From Terriglobia bacterium (GTDB lineage Bacteria; Acidobacteriota; Terriglobia; 2-12-FULL-54-10), in NCBI GenBank assembly GCA_963666975.2, contig CAXVYR010000003.1, positions 1 to 64,000 of the forward strand: DNA of 64,000 nucleotides, read 5' to 3'. Both the position numbers and the translations under genes were made by a program. Under the pieces are notes generated by a model that worked only from the letters and a program-made list of their open reading frames with translations, did no database searches and was not told the DNA's origin. Shown here in pieces: positions 50,958 through 60,614 of the stretch. Position 1 is the stretch's first letter. The number at the start of each line of letters is the position of its first letter.

Positions 50958-52409
50958 ATGGTAGCCGGTGCCAAGGGGATGTTTCTGTTCTTTTTGATTG
51001 CGCTTGCCGGACCGCTTCTATACTCGCAACAGAGAACGTACCAGCCGGGGGAATATCCGACTCCCCGCTACCCGAAGATTCCGAAGAATCCCACCATAGA
51101 GGACCTGATGCCGACAGCCCGAGCCATTATAAGGCGAGGTGACATCGGGGCCATGTTCTATCCCGGTTATGCCATTAAACCGGGCGAGAGGGCTCTGATG
51201 GCGGTGCCCCGAGATTTTGACCCGCTGGTGATCGAGGCCCTCGGGCGCGCCATCCGAGAAGCGGGAGCTAAGCTCGACTTGATCCTGGGAAACGAACCGT
51301 ATCTGCCCGGCGGAGACGGAGCGACGGAGTTTGAGTACTTCACCCAGATGAAAGACATCATGGCCGCGCAAGCGGGCGGCATCGAACAAGCTACTATCGT
51401 GGCGATGACTTTGGCTGGCAAATATGACATCGCCATTTCCGGCATGGGGGGAGGGATACCAGCCCATCCCCGTGACAAGATGCGCTGGGCATACATGCCC
51501 TGGGATATGGTCGACCAGTTTCTTGTGCACGGAGCGAGCATCCCGCCGGAGTTGCTGAAGTTTATTGACGATGTGGCCTGGAATACGCTGATTCAGGCAG
51601 TCCATATCCACGCCACGGATCCAGAGGGCACAGATATCAGTTGGCCTGCCACGCCGGAGGACTGGGAGAGCCCTGGGCGCCATACGCCGGGCCATTTCAT
51701 GTCTCATCCATTGATTGATCTGCAGGGGATACCGGGCGCTACCGGAGTGGTTGCAGGGACATGGAACCACACGGGGCCTCACCCCCACATCCGGCTTTCC
51801 TTCAAGAATGATCGGCTTGAGGGGATCGAAGGCGGGGGTGCCTATGGACAGAAGTGGCGTGGTATTCGAGATCAGTGGAAGGATGTGAAATGGTCTGGAA
51901 AGAAAGGTTCGGGACTGTTTAATTATTTGTTTGAAGCCTCGATCGGGACGAATCCGAAATCGGCCCGTCCCAAGGGAGCCCTGGAGCGCGCCATGGGCAA
52001 TATCTGGGAAAGGACCCGTGCGGGGGTTATCCACTGGGGGATCGGCGGTGATTCTAAAATGATCGACTTCTTTCCGAGCGATTCGGGCGATCCCGCTGTC
52101 GCCAAGTACTTCCAAGAGAATCCGGATACACCAACTGGCCACGTCCATGTGCACAACTACTTTCTGACGATGGTGCTCACCAACGCCGACGGAAGCAAGA
52201 CCACCTTCGTCGACAAAGGCCGTTTGACGGCGCTGGACGATCCCAGGGTTCGCCAAGAGGCCGCCAAGTATGGGGACCCGGATGAGCTGCTGGGGGAGAC
52301 CTGGATTCCGGCCATTCCCGGGATTAACGTGCCCGGAGATTACCGCAAGGACTATGCCGGCGATCCGGCCGCCTATGTCCGCAAGAACCTGGCGAACTGG
52401 CCATACTAA
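50958..52409 (+). CDS. Secreted M29/NicX-like metalloprotein, subfamily A copy 2
   Basis: Clear paralog of 49411-50895; RBS AGGAGG. Confidence 0.6.
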   Translation: MVAGAKGMFLFFLIALAGPLLYSQQRTYQPGEYPTPRYPKIPKNPTIEDLMPTARAIIRRGDIGAMFYPGYAIKPGERALMAVPRDFDPLVIEALGRAIREAGAKLDLILGNEPYLPGGDGATEFEYFTQMKDIMAAQAGGIEQATIVAMTLAGKYDIAISGMGGGIPAHPRDKMRWAYMPWDMVDQFLVHGASIPPELLKFIDDVAWNTLIQAVHIHATDPEGTDISWPATPEDWESPGRHTPGHFMSHPLIDLQGIPGATGVVAGTWNHTGPHPHIRLSFKNDRLEGIEGGGAYGQKWRGIRDQWKDVKWSGKKGSGLFNYLFEASIGTNPKSARPKGALERAMGNIWERTRAGVIHWGIGGDSKMIDFFPSDSGDPAVAKYFQENPDTPTGHVHVHNYFLTMVLTNADGSKTTFVDKGRLTALDDPRVRQEAAKYGDPDELLGETWIPAIPGINVPGDYRKDYAGDPAAYVRKNLANWPY

Positions 52410-52444
52410 GTGCAGTATCGGTTCTTCGCGGCAAACCGTTCCGG

Positions 52445-52590
52445 CCTAAATGTTCACGTATTCATCCAGTGGGGTCCGTCCAGACAAGAGGGTCTGGGAG
52501 GCGATCCGGCAGGCCTGGGCCGAAAAGGGTGCGGAGATCCAAGCAGGCACCTACGAGTACATCGTAGAGGATTTCTCGTTTGACGTTTTG
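52445..52590 (+). pseudogene. Internally deleted relic of a subfamily B gene
   Basis: VHVFIQWG and RVWEAIRQAWAEKG (N-terminal) fused directly to IQAGTYEYIVEDFS (C-terminal). Confidence 0.75.
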
Positions 52591-52724
52591 TGGGAGCGCT
52601 CGGTTCTGGCCGCCTGTGAAGAGCTTGCGACCGATAGCGAATGAAATGTCGTATAGCAAGGTGGTGAGACCATCGGAATTTGTTTTTGCTACGGTGACGG
52701 TCAATGGGAAGAAAAGAGGAAACT

Positions 52725-54383
52725 ATGATTTGCCGTGATTCCTCCGATAGGAAATTTTTTCATCCGACGCGGTCTTGGTGGACGGGCTTGGTCACGTGCC
52801 TCGTCATGAGTTTGTTGAGCTTTTCCTGTTCCCGGCAGCATGAGGAGGCCATGACCGGGGCAGCCTACCCGCAACCGCGATACCCCCGGTATCTGGTCAA
52901 CCCCGATATGGACGACCTCCTGATTGCAGCGCGAGTTGCGGTCAGCCAGCCAACCGGGCGTGCACCCTTAGGGAAAATGCAGTCTGGGCAGAATATTTAC
53001 GTTTTCATCCAGTGGGGCCAGGACATGAGAGTCTGGGAGGCGGTCAAGCAGGCCTGGGACGAGAAAGGTGTGGAGGCCCATGCGATTGGAATCTGGGATG
53101 TCATGGGAATGACGAAGGAAGACTATGACAAAAGGATGGAGCTGAACATAGTCCACGGCAATGAGGGCTGGAAGGAGGCAGGGATATTCCTCCGCCGAGA
53201 CTACAGACAGTATTTTTCGGAAGAAATCCAGAACCAGTTTGGTGACCCGATTGTTGACTTCCAGATAATCGACCCCTATCTGATCGCTTATCTCGACAAG
53301 CATCCGGAGATCACGAATATTTATGCCGGCATTGGTGGCCGCAATTTCTTTGTGAGTTGGCTTGGGCCGAAGCATGCCGATAAGTTCCAGGGGAACTGGA
53401 TTTACTACCGGCCGGTCGATCTGCTCTCCAAGGCGGCGGAATTTCCTGCCGATGTCTGGAATCTGGTAGATGAGAAAACGTTGCGCCCGATCCCCTTCGT
53501 TTCCGAGGTGACCTTCCAGGACCCCGAGGGAACGAACCTGCACTGGACCTTGACTCCGGAACAGTCCAAGCTGTGGAGCCTTAATAGCGGAATATCCAAT
53601 CACATTTACATTTATCCCAGTCCCTTACGTTCGACAATGCAGGAAGGAGGAGTGCTGGCAGCACACGCTAACCATACCGGCATTTTCCCGACCATGACTG
53701 TTAACCTCGATCGTTACGGGGCTATCGAACGGATCGAGGGTGGCGGGCGTGTGGCAGAAATGTTCAATATACTGCTGAATCATCTCGCATTCCAGGATGT
53801 GAAGTTTCCGAAAGCGCCCGCGCCGGGTTACTGGTTTTTCCGACAGGATGGCTTTGCGACCAATCCGAAATTCATTCGCAGCATACCGGCGCTGATCGAA
53901 GGGGGGGCGTTTTTGCCGAATGCCTCCGAGCGGAACCGGGCAGGAATCCAGCACCTGGCGTTTGCCTACAATTCCACAGATCCCGAGGATCTGGCCTATG
54001 CAGAGCAGAGAGGAATTCCGTTAGGAGATGGCCAGCATAACTTTCACATGCACGTTTATTTTCCGACTGTGCAGTGGAAGCTGCGGGACACGGGAGAGTG
54101 GCTGACGGTAGCGGAAAAAGGGTATGTGAGGATGTTTGATGACCCGGAGGTACGTGCGCTGGCGGCGCGTTACGGAGATCCTGACTTGATCTTCCGGTAT
54201 GAATGGATCCCATCTGTTCCAGGGATCAATATGCCGGGAAACTACGAGAACGATTTCGCCCGCGATCCCTGGGGCTGGATTATGTCGGAATGGCAACGGA
54301 TCCAAGAAGGAACCTACGAGTACTTCGTAGAGGAATACTCGCTGGACGAGCCGGTGGCAGCGCTTCATTCTGGCCGCCCGTAA
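52725..54383 (+). CDS. M29/NicX-like putative lipoprotein, subfamily B copy 1
   Basis: Lipobox-like LLSFSC; QDPEGTNL, DGFATNPK, ERNRAGIQHLAF, HNFHMH. Confidence 0.6.
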   Translation: MICRDSSDRKFFHPTRSWWTGLVTCLVMSLLSFSCSRQHEEAMTGAAYPQPRYPRYLVNPDMDDLLIAARVAVSQPTGRAPLGKMQSGQNIYVFIQWGQDMRVWEAVKQAWDEKGVEAHAIGIWDVMGMTKEDYDKRMELNIVHGNEGWKEAGIFLRRDYRQYFSEEIQNQFGDPIVDFQIIDPYLIAYLDKHPEITNIYAGIGGRNFFVSWLGPKHADKFQGNWIYYRPVDLLSKAAEFPADVWNLVDEKTLRPIPFVSEVTFQDPEGTNLHWTLTPEQSKLWSLNSGISNHIYIYPSPLRSTMQEGGVLAAHANHTGIFPTMTVNLDRYGAIERIEGGGRVAEMFNILLNHLAFQDVKFPKAPAPGYWFFRQDGFATNPKFIRSIPALIEGGAFLPNASERNRAGIQHLAFAYNSTDPEDLAYAEQRGIPLGDGQHNFHMHVYFPTVQWKLRDTGEWLTVAEKGYVRMFDDPEVRALAARYGDPDLIFRYEWIPSVPGINMPGNYENDFARDPWGWIMSEWQRIQEGTYEYFVEEYSLDEPVAALHSGRP

Positions 54384-54417
54384 GAAGAGGATGCGGATTG
54401 TCAAAGCTTCGATCCCT

Positions 54418-54569
54418 CTAGAGCATTTCTCCAGTAGGTGTAGAGTTCTGGCAGCCGCGTAGCGTCAGCGTACTCGCTGGCCATTGGGTCGCCAGAGCCT
54501 GCCCCGAGCCAGCCGATGAGGATGGTGGCGCTACATTCCTCCTATACACTTTCGGGAGAACTGCTCTAG
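54418..54569. mobile_element. 148-bp MITE inserted at CTAG
   Basis: 28-bp imperfect IR (23/28 identical) starting CTAGAGCA; the paralogous spacer at 56299-56302 is the empty site. Confidence 0.85.
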
Positions 54570-54605
54570 TTTGCGTGAGTTTCAACGGAAAGAGAGGACA
54601 GGACA

Positions 54606-56264
54606 ATGAGTATCGGTGATTGTTCACACAAAGCATTTTCTAATTCGGAGCGATTGCGCTGGACAGGCTTGGTCACGTGCCTCGTCATGAGTTTGTTGAG
54701 CTTTTCCTGTTCCCGGCAGCAAGAGGAGGCCATGACCGGGGCAGCCTACCCGCAACCGCGATACCCCCGGTATCTGGTCAACCCCGATATGGACGACCTC
54801 CTGATTGCAGCGCGAGTTGCGGTCAGCCAGCCAACCGGGCGTGCACCCTTGGGCAAAATGCAATCTGGGCAAGAGGTTTACGTTTTGGTCCAGTGGGGCC
54901 AGGATATGCAGGTCTGGGAAGCGATTAAACAGGCATGGGCGGAAAGAGGTGTGGAAGCCCATTCACTTGGGATTTGGGAGGTCATGGGCATCACGAAGGA
55001 CGAGTATGACAAGAGGATGGAGCCGGATATCGTCTACGGCAACGAGGGCTGGAAGGAGTGGGGGATTTTCCTCCGCCAAGACTACAAACAATATTTTCCG
55101 GAGGATCTGCAAAAACAGTTCGGGAACCCGATTGTTGACTTCCAGATAATCGATCCTTATCTGATCGCATATTTCGACAAGCATCCTGAGATCGAAAATA
55201 TTTATGCCGGCATTGGCGGCGGAAATTTCTTTGTGAGTTGGATTGGAGAAAAGCACGCCGCTAAGTTTCAAGGGAACTGGATTTACTACCGGCCTGTCGA
55301 TCTACTTTCCAAGGCCGCGGAATTTCCCGCGGATGTCTGGAATCTCGTGGACGAGAAAATCCTGCGCCCAGTCCCATTTGTTTCAGAGGTCACCTTCCAA
55401 GACCCCGAGGGGACGAATTTGCACTGGAGCTTGACTCCGGAACAGTCCCAGCTGTGGGGCCGCAATTCCGGCGGTTCCAACCATATCTATGTTTATCCCA
55501 ATCCCTTATATTCGACATTGCAGGAAGGAGGAGTGCTGGCAGCGCACGCGAACCATACCGGCATTTTCCCCACCATGACCGTATACCTCGATCGGTATGG
55601 ATCTGTGGAAAGTATCGAAGGCGGTGGGCGTAATGCGGAGCTTTTCCGAATGATGGTGGAAAATCCGCTATTCAAGGAGGCAAAATTGCCGAAATCCCCC
55701 GCGCCGGGTTACTGGTTCTTCCGGCAAGATGGCTTCGCGACCAATCCGAAATTCACCCGCAGCCTGCCGGCCCTGGTTGAAGGGGAGTCGTTTTTGCCGA
55801 ATGCTTCCGAGCGCAACCGGGCAGGCATCCAGCACCTGGCGTTTTCCTACGATTCCGATGATCCCGAGGACCTGGCCTATGCAGAGCAGCGAGGAATTCC
55901 GTTAGGAGATGGCCAGCATAACAGTCATATGCATGTCTATTTTCCGACCATACAGTGGAAGCTTCGAGACACGGGAGAGTGGCTGACGGTAGGGGAAAAA
56001 GGGTATGTCACGATGTTTGACGACCCGGAGGTGCGCGCGCTGGCGGCGCGTTACGGAGATCCTGACTTGATCTTCCGGTATGAATGGATCCCATCTGTTC
56101 CAGGGATCAATATGCCGGGAAACTACGAGAACGATTTCGCCCGCGATCCCTGGAGCTGGATTATGTCGGAATGGCAACGGATCCAAGAAGGAACCTACGA
56201 GTACTTCGTAGAGGATTACTCGCAGGACGAGCCGGTGGCAGCGCTCCATTCCGGCCGCCCGTAA
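54606..56264 (+). CDS. M29/NicX-like putative lipoprotein, subfamily B copy 2
   Basis: Paralog; LLSFSC; HNSHMH. Confidence 0.6.
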   Translation: MSIGDCSHKAFSNSERLRWTGLVTCLVMSLLSFSCSRQQEEAMTGAAYPQPRYPRYLVNPDMDDLLIAARVAVSQPTGRAPLGKMQSGQEVYVLVQWGQDMQVWEAIKQAWAERGVEAHSLGIWEVMGITKDEYDKRMEPDIVYGNEGWKEWGIFLRQDYKQYFPEDLQKQFGNPIVDFQIIDPYLIAYFDKHPEIENIYAGIGGGNFFVSWIGEKHAAKFQGNWIYYRPVDLLSKAAEFPADVWNLVDEKILRPVPFVSEVTFQDPEGTNLHWSLTPEQSQLWGRNSGGSNHIYVYPNPLYSTLQEGGVLAAHANHTGIFPTMTVYLDRYGSVESIEGGGRNAELFRMMVENPLFKEAKLPKSPAPGYWFFRQDGFATNPKFTRSLPALVEGESFLPNASERNRAGIQHLAFSYDSDDPEDLAYAEQRGIPLGDGQHNSHMHVYFPTIQWKLRDTGEWLTVGEKGYVTMFDDPEVRALAARYGDPDLIFRYEWIPSVPGINMPGNYENDFARDPWSWIMSEWQRIQEGTYEYFVEDYSQDEPVAALHSGRP

Positions 56265-56338
56265 GAAGAGGAAGCGGATTGTCAAAGACTCGGTCCCTCT
56301 AGTTTGCGTGAGTGTCAACGGAAAGAGAGGACAGGACA

Positions 56339-58006
56339 ATGAGTATCGGTGATTGTTCACACAAAGCATTTTCTAATTCGGAGCGATTGCGCTGGATAGG
56401 AGTGGTCACGTGCCTCGTCATGAGTTTGTTAAGCCTTTCCTGTTCCCGGCAGCAAGAGGAGGCCATGACCGGGGCAGCCTACCCGCAACCGCGATACCCC
56501 CGGTATCTGGTCAACCCGAGTGCGGAAGAACTTCTAGGCGCTGCACGTTTTGCAGTCCGCCAGCCGGTCGGTCGCGCGCCGTTGGGGAAAATGCAATCTG
56601 GCCAAACCGCGCACGTGCTGATCCAGTGGGGTCAGGACATGCAGGTCTGGGAGGCGGTCCGGCAAGCCTGGGCGGAAAAGGGTGTGGAGGCTCATGCGAT
56701 TGGAATCTGGGATGTCATGGGAATTACGAAGGAAGAGTATGACCGGAGAATGGCAAGCAATGTGGTTCTCGGAAACGAGGGATGGAAGGAAGCGGGCATT
56801 TTCTGGACAGGAGATTACAGAGAATACTTTCCAGAGGATATTCAAAACGAGTTTGGCAATCCGATTGTCGATTTTGCGATCGTTGATCCCTATTTAAACC
56901 AGTATCTGGACGAGCATCCGGAGGTCCAGAACCTGTATGGCGCCATTGGCGGAGGTGGTTATGCCAGATGGCTTACGGAGGCACATAGGGAAAAGTATCA
57001 GGGGACTTGGATCTACTATCGCCCGGTTGATCTGGTGAGCAAAGCGGCCGAATTCCCGACGGATGTCTGGAATCTGGTCGAGGAGAAAACGTTGCGCCCG
57101 CGCCCCTTTGTTTCCGAGGTGACCCTCCAAGACCCGGAGGGGACGAATCTGCACTGGATGCTGAATCACGGACAGGCTCAATTGTGGAGCGCTCGTGGTG
57201 GAGCTGTTGGTGACAATGCCTCCAATCACATTACCATTTATCCCAACCCATTGCATTCGACATTCCGCGACGGCGGCGTGATCGCTTCCCACTCGAACCA
57301 TACTGGGATCTATCCTACTATGAAGGTTACCCTCAATTCGTATGGAGCAGTCAATAACATCGAGGGGGGGGGGCGGACGGCTGAGATGTTCCGGTATTTA
57401 CTAAACCATCCCAACTTCCAGGATATCAAGTTCCCGAAAGCCTATGTGCCGGGTTACTGGTTTTTGCGACAAGATGGCTTCGCGACCAACCCAAAGTACG
57501 TCCGCAGCTTGCCGGCGCTGATTGAAGGAGAATCGTTCTTGCCGAATGCCTCGGAGCGGAATCGGGCTGGGGTGCAGCACTTGGCCTTTGCCTACAGTTC
57601 CGATGATGCCGAGGACTTGGCGTATGCGAAGCAGAAAGGCGTTCCTCTGGGAAATAGTCACAACTTCCACATGCACATTTATTTTCCGACGGTGCAGTGG
57701 AGACTGCGCGACACGGGAGAATGGATCACGATATCGGAAAAAGGGTATGTGACCATGTTTGACGACCCCGAGGTCCGTGCGCTGGCCGCGCGTTACGGAG
57801 ATCCTGACTTGATCTTCCGGTATGAATGGATTCCGTCTATTCCAGGGATTAATGTCGAGGGGAACTACGAGAAAGACTTCGTCCCGGATCCCTGGGGCTG
57901 GATGATGGCGGAATGGCAACGGATCCAAGAAGGAACCTACGAGTACTTTGTAGAGGATTACTCGCAGGACGAGCCGGTGGCAGCGCTCCATTCCGGCCGC
58001 CCGTAA
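56339..58006 (+). CDS. M29/NicX-like putative lipoprotein, subfamily B copy 3
   Basis: Paralog (most divergent); LLSLSC; HNFHMH. Confidence 0.6.
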   Translation: MSIGDCSHKAFSNSERLRWIGVVTCLVMSLLSLSCSRQQEEAMTGAAYPQPRYPRYLVNPSAEELLGAARFAVRQPVGRAPLGKMQSGQTAHVLIQWGQDMQVWEAVRQAWAEKGVEAHAIGIWDVMGITKEEYDRRMASNVVLGNEGWKEAGIFWTGDYREYFPEDIQNEFGNPIVDFAIVDPYLNQYLDEHPEVQNLYGAIGGGGYARWLTEAHREKYQGTWIYYRPVDLVSKAAEFPTDVWNLVEEKTLRPRPFVSEVTLQDPEGTNLHWMLNHGQAQLWSARGGAVGDNASNHITIYPNPLHSTFRDGGVIASHSNHTGIYPTMKVTLNSYGAVNNIEGGGRTAEMFRYLLNHPNFQDIKFPKAYVPGYWFLRQDGFATNPKYVRSLPALIEGESFLPNASERNRAGVQHLAFAYSSDDAEDLAYAKQKGVPLGNSHNFHMHIYFPTVQWRLRDTGEWITISEKGYVTMFDDPEVRALAARYGDPDLIFRYEWIPSIPGINVEGNYEKDFVPDPWGWMMAEWQRIQEGTYEYFVEDYSQDEPVAALHSGRP

Positions 58007-58107
58007 ACGACCCGGGGACGCATAGCAAAATGGAATGTAGGGAAGTGGCGGCAGACATCGAGCTTTTATTCATACGGTGACAGGCAACGGAAAGAAAGGA
58101 CAAAACT

Positions 58108-59766
58108 ATGATTTACCGTGATTCCACGCCCAGAGGATTTTTGTGTTCGACACGATCCCTCCCGATGAGCGTCATCGTATGCTTCGTTGTTAGTTTGATT
58201 AGCTTTTCCTGTTCCCGGCAGCAAGAGGAGGCCATGACCGGGGCAGCCTACCCACAACCGCGCTACCCCCGGTATCTGGTCAACCCCGATTCGGACGACC
58301 TCTTGAGTGCTGCACGCTTTGCGGTCCGCCAGCCGACCGGGCGTTCGCCCTTGGGGAAAATGCAGTCTGGGCAAGTCGTTCATGTGCTCATCCAGTGGGG
58401 GCAAGATATGCAAGTCTGGGAGGCGGTCCGGCAGGCCTGGGCCGAGAAAGATGTGGAGGCTCAAGCAATTGGGGTTTGGGAGGTCATGGGCATCACGAAG
58501 GAAGAGTATGACAAAAGGATGGAGCCGAACATAGTCTACGGCAATGAGGCATGGAAGGAGGCGGGAGTTTTCCTCCGCAGAGACTACAAACAGTTTTTTC
58601 CGGAAGATATCCAGAAACAGTTTGGCGACCCGATTGTTGATTTCCAGATAATTGACCCCTATCTGATCGCTTATCTCGACAAGCACCCTGAGGTCCAGAA
58701 TATTTATGCCGGCAATGGTGGCGGCGTTTTTTTTGTGAGGTGGCTTGGGGAAAAGCACGCCGACAAGTTCCAGGGGAACTGGATTTTCTACCGGTCGGTC
58801 GATCTGCTTTCCAAGGCGGCGGAATTTCCCGCCGACGTCTGGAATCTGGTGGACGAGAAAACGTTGCGCCCGATTCCCTTCGTTTCTGAGGTCACGTTCC
58901 AAGACCCCGAGGGGACGAATCTGGAATGGGCCGTAACTCCGGAACAGGCCCAGTTCTGGAGCAAGAGTGCCGGGAATTCCAATCACATCTACATTTATCC
59001 CAGTCCTCTGCACTCGACTTTCCAGGAAGGAGGGGTGCTGGCAGCACACGCCAACCATACCGGCATTTTCCCGACCATGACCGTTAACCTCGATCGTTAC
59101 GGGGCTATCGAAAGGATCGAGGGAGGTGGGCGTGTGGCAGAAATGTTCAACATCCTGCTGAATAACCCGGCATTCCATGATGTGCAGTTTCCGAATTCAC
59201 CAGCGCCGGGTTACTGGTTCTTCCGGCAAGATGGGTTCGCGACCAACCCGAAATTCCTTCGTAGCATACCGGCGCTGATTGAAGGTGAGCCGTTTTTGCC
59301 GAATGCCTCCGAGCGCAACCGGGCAGGCATCCAGCACCTGGCTTTTGCCTACGATTCCGTTGATCCCGAGGACCTATCCTATGCAAAGCAGCGAGGGATT
59401 CCATTGGGGGAGGGGCAGCATAATTTTCACATGCACGTTTATTTCCCCACCGCGCGGTGGAAGCTGCGGGACACGGGAGAGTGGATCACGATATCGGAAA
59501 AAGGGTATGTCACGATGTTTGACGACCCGGAGGTCCGCGCGCTGGCGGCGCGTTACGGAGGTCCGGATTTACTCTTCCGGTATGAGTGGAATCCATCGAT
59601 TCCTGGGGTCAATGTAGGAGGAGAGTACGAAAAGGATTTTGCCCAGGACCCCTGGAACTGGATTATGGCGGAATGGGAACAGATCCAAGCAGGCACCTAC
59701 GAGTACTTCGTAGAGGATTACTCGCTTGACAATCCTGTGGCTGCGCTCGATGCTGGCCGCCCGTAA
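58108..59766 (+). CDS. M29/NicX-like putative lipoprotein, subfamily B copy 4
   Basis: Paralog; LISFSC; HNFHMH. Confidence 0.6.
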   Translation: MIYRDSTPRGFLCSTRSLPMSVIVCFVVSLISFSCSRQQEEAMTGAAYPQPRYPRYLVNPDSDDLLSAARFAVRQPTGRSPLGKMQSGQVVHVLIQWGQDMQVWEAVRQAWAEKDVEAQAIGVWEVMGITKEEYDKRMEPNIVYGNEAWKEAGVFLRRDYKQFFPEDIQKQFGDPIVDFQIIDPYLIAYLDKHPEVQNIYAGNGGGVFFVRWLGEKHADKFQGNWIFYRSVDLLSKAAEFPADVWNLVDEKTLRPIPFVSEVTFQDPEGTNLEWAVTPEQAQFWSKSAGNSNHIYIYPSPLHSTFQEGGVLAAHANHTGIFPTMTVNLDRYGAIERIEGGGRVAEMFNILLNNPAFHDVQFPNSPAPGYWFFRQDGFATNPKFLRSIPALIEGEPFLPNASERNRAGIQHLAFAYDSVDPEDLSYAKQRGIPLGEGQHNFHMHVYFPTARWKLRDTGEWITISEKGYVTMFDDPEVRALAARYGGPDLLFRYEWNPSIPGVNVGGEYEKDFAQDPWNWIMAEWEQIQAGTYEYFVEDYSLDNPVAALDAGRP

Positions 59767-59890
59767 CGCAAGGAGACTGAGGGGCCAAACGAAATGTGCA
59801 GAACCGGGTCCTCCCGGATGATATCCATGCAGGGAGCGGTGGCCAGTGCAGTGGTTCCCCTCTGCGGCTGCACAGCGAGGATGTGAGGTT

Positions 59891-60427
59891 GTGACGAGAG
59901 CAACACTTCTTGCGGGGGCGCTTGTTTTTGCTGTTGCGGTTGGAGTGCCGGCGGCCTCGCTGGCCCAAAGCAGCAGGTTCACGCTAGGAAGCGGATCGGG
60001 GGGCCCCGGTCATAGCGTAGGATTGCCGATCTACCTGACTCTCCCCAAAGACAGCGAGTTCGAGCGCATCATTGCAATCGTCGAACCCACTGCTGCCCTG
60101 GCGTATGACCGGGTGGAAGCAATGGAGGAGAACAGCGTTGTGCTCCGCGCGAAAGAGTCCGCTCCCGGAACGGACGGGAAGAGGCGTGTGGAAATCACGC
60201 TGGAAGGGGGGCAAGGAAAGCCGTTGCAGACCGGGCTGGCGGGCATGATTTATTTCACCATTGACCAAGATGCACGGCCGCAGATGGCCTCTCTGCCCGT
60301 TTCGGAGGTGAAAGGTTTCCCGAAGGGAAGTCGCGTGGCAGAAAATTTACGCGGCGATCAAGGGAGTGTCACGGTCTACGAGCCTGGGACAGAACCTGTT
60401 ATGACCTGCTTTTTTTTCACGCACTGA
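59891..60427 (+). CDS. Secreted cohesin-like beta-sandwich protein ending in CFFFTH
   Basis: Signal peptide (ASLA-Q); GSGSGGPGHSVGLPIYL and G.AGMIYFTI fit a cohesin-like strand pattern; start uncertain. Confidence 0.55.
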   Translation: MTRATLLAGALVFAVAVGVPAASLAQSSRFTLGSGSGGPGHSVGLPIYLTLPKDSEFERIIAIVEPTAALAYDRVEAMEENSVVLRAKESAPGTDGKRRVEITLEGGQGKPLQTGLAGMIYFTIDQDARPQMASLPVSEVKGFPKGSRVAENLRGDQGSVTVYEPGTEPVMTCFFFTH

Positions 60428-60614
60428 GGAAGTCTCAGCACGCCTTCTCAGGCTCGCCTCCAGAAAAAGTTGGGCAGGCACGCCCCGCTTCTCCGTGCTG
60501 GGTTGCGGGTGGCCGGTTTGTTGAAAGCCGGCCTGTGACCACTCAACAGAGGGGGCAGTCCGCCAAGGTAGTCGTAACAAACAATTTCTGTCTTCAGCCA
60601 GACAACAGGATTAC

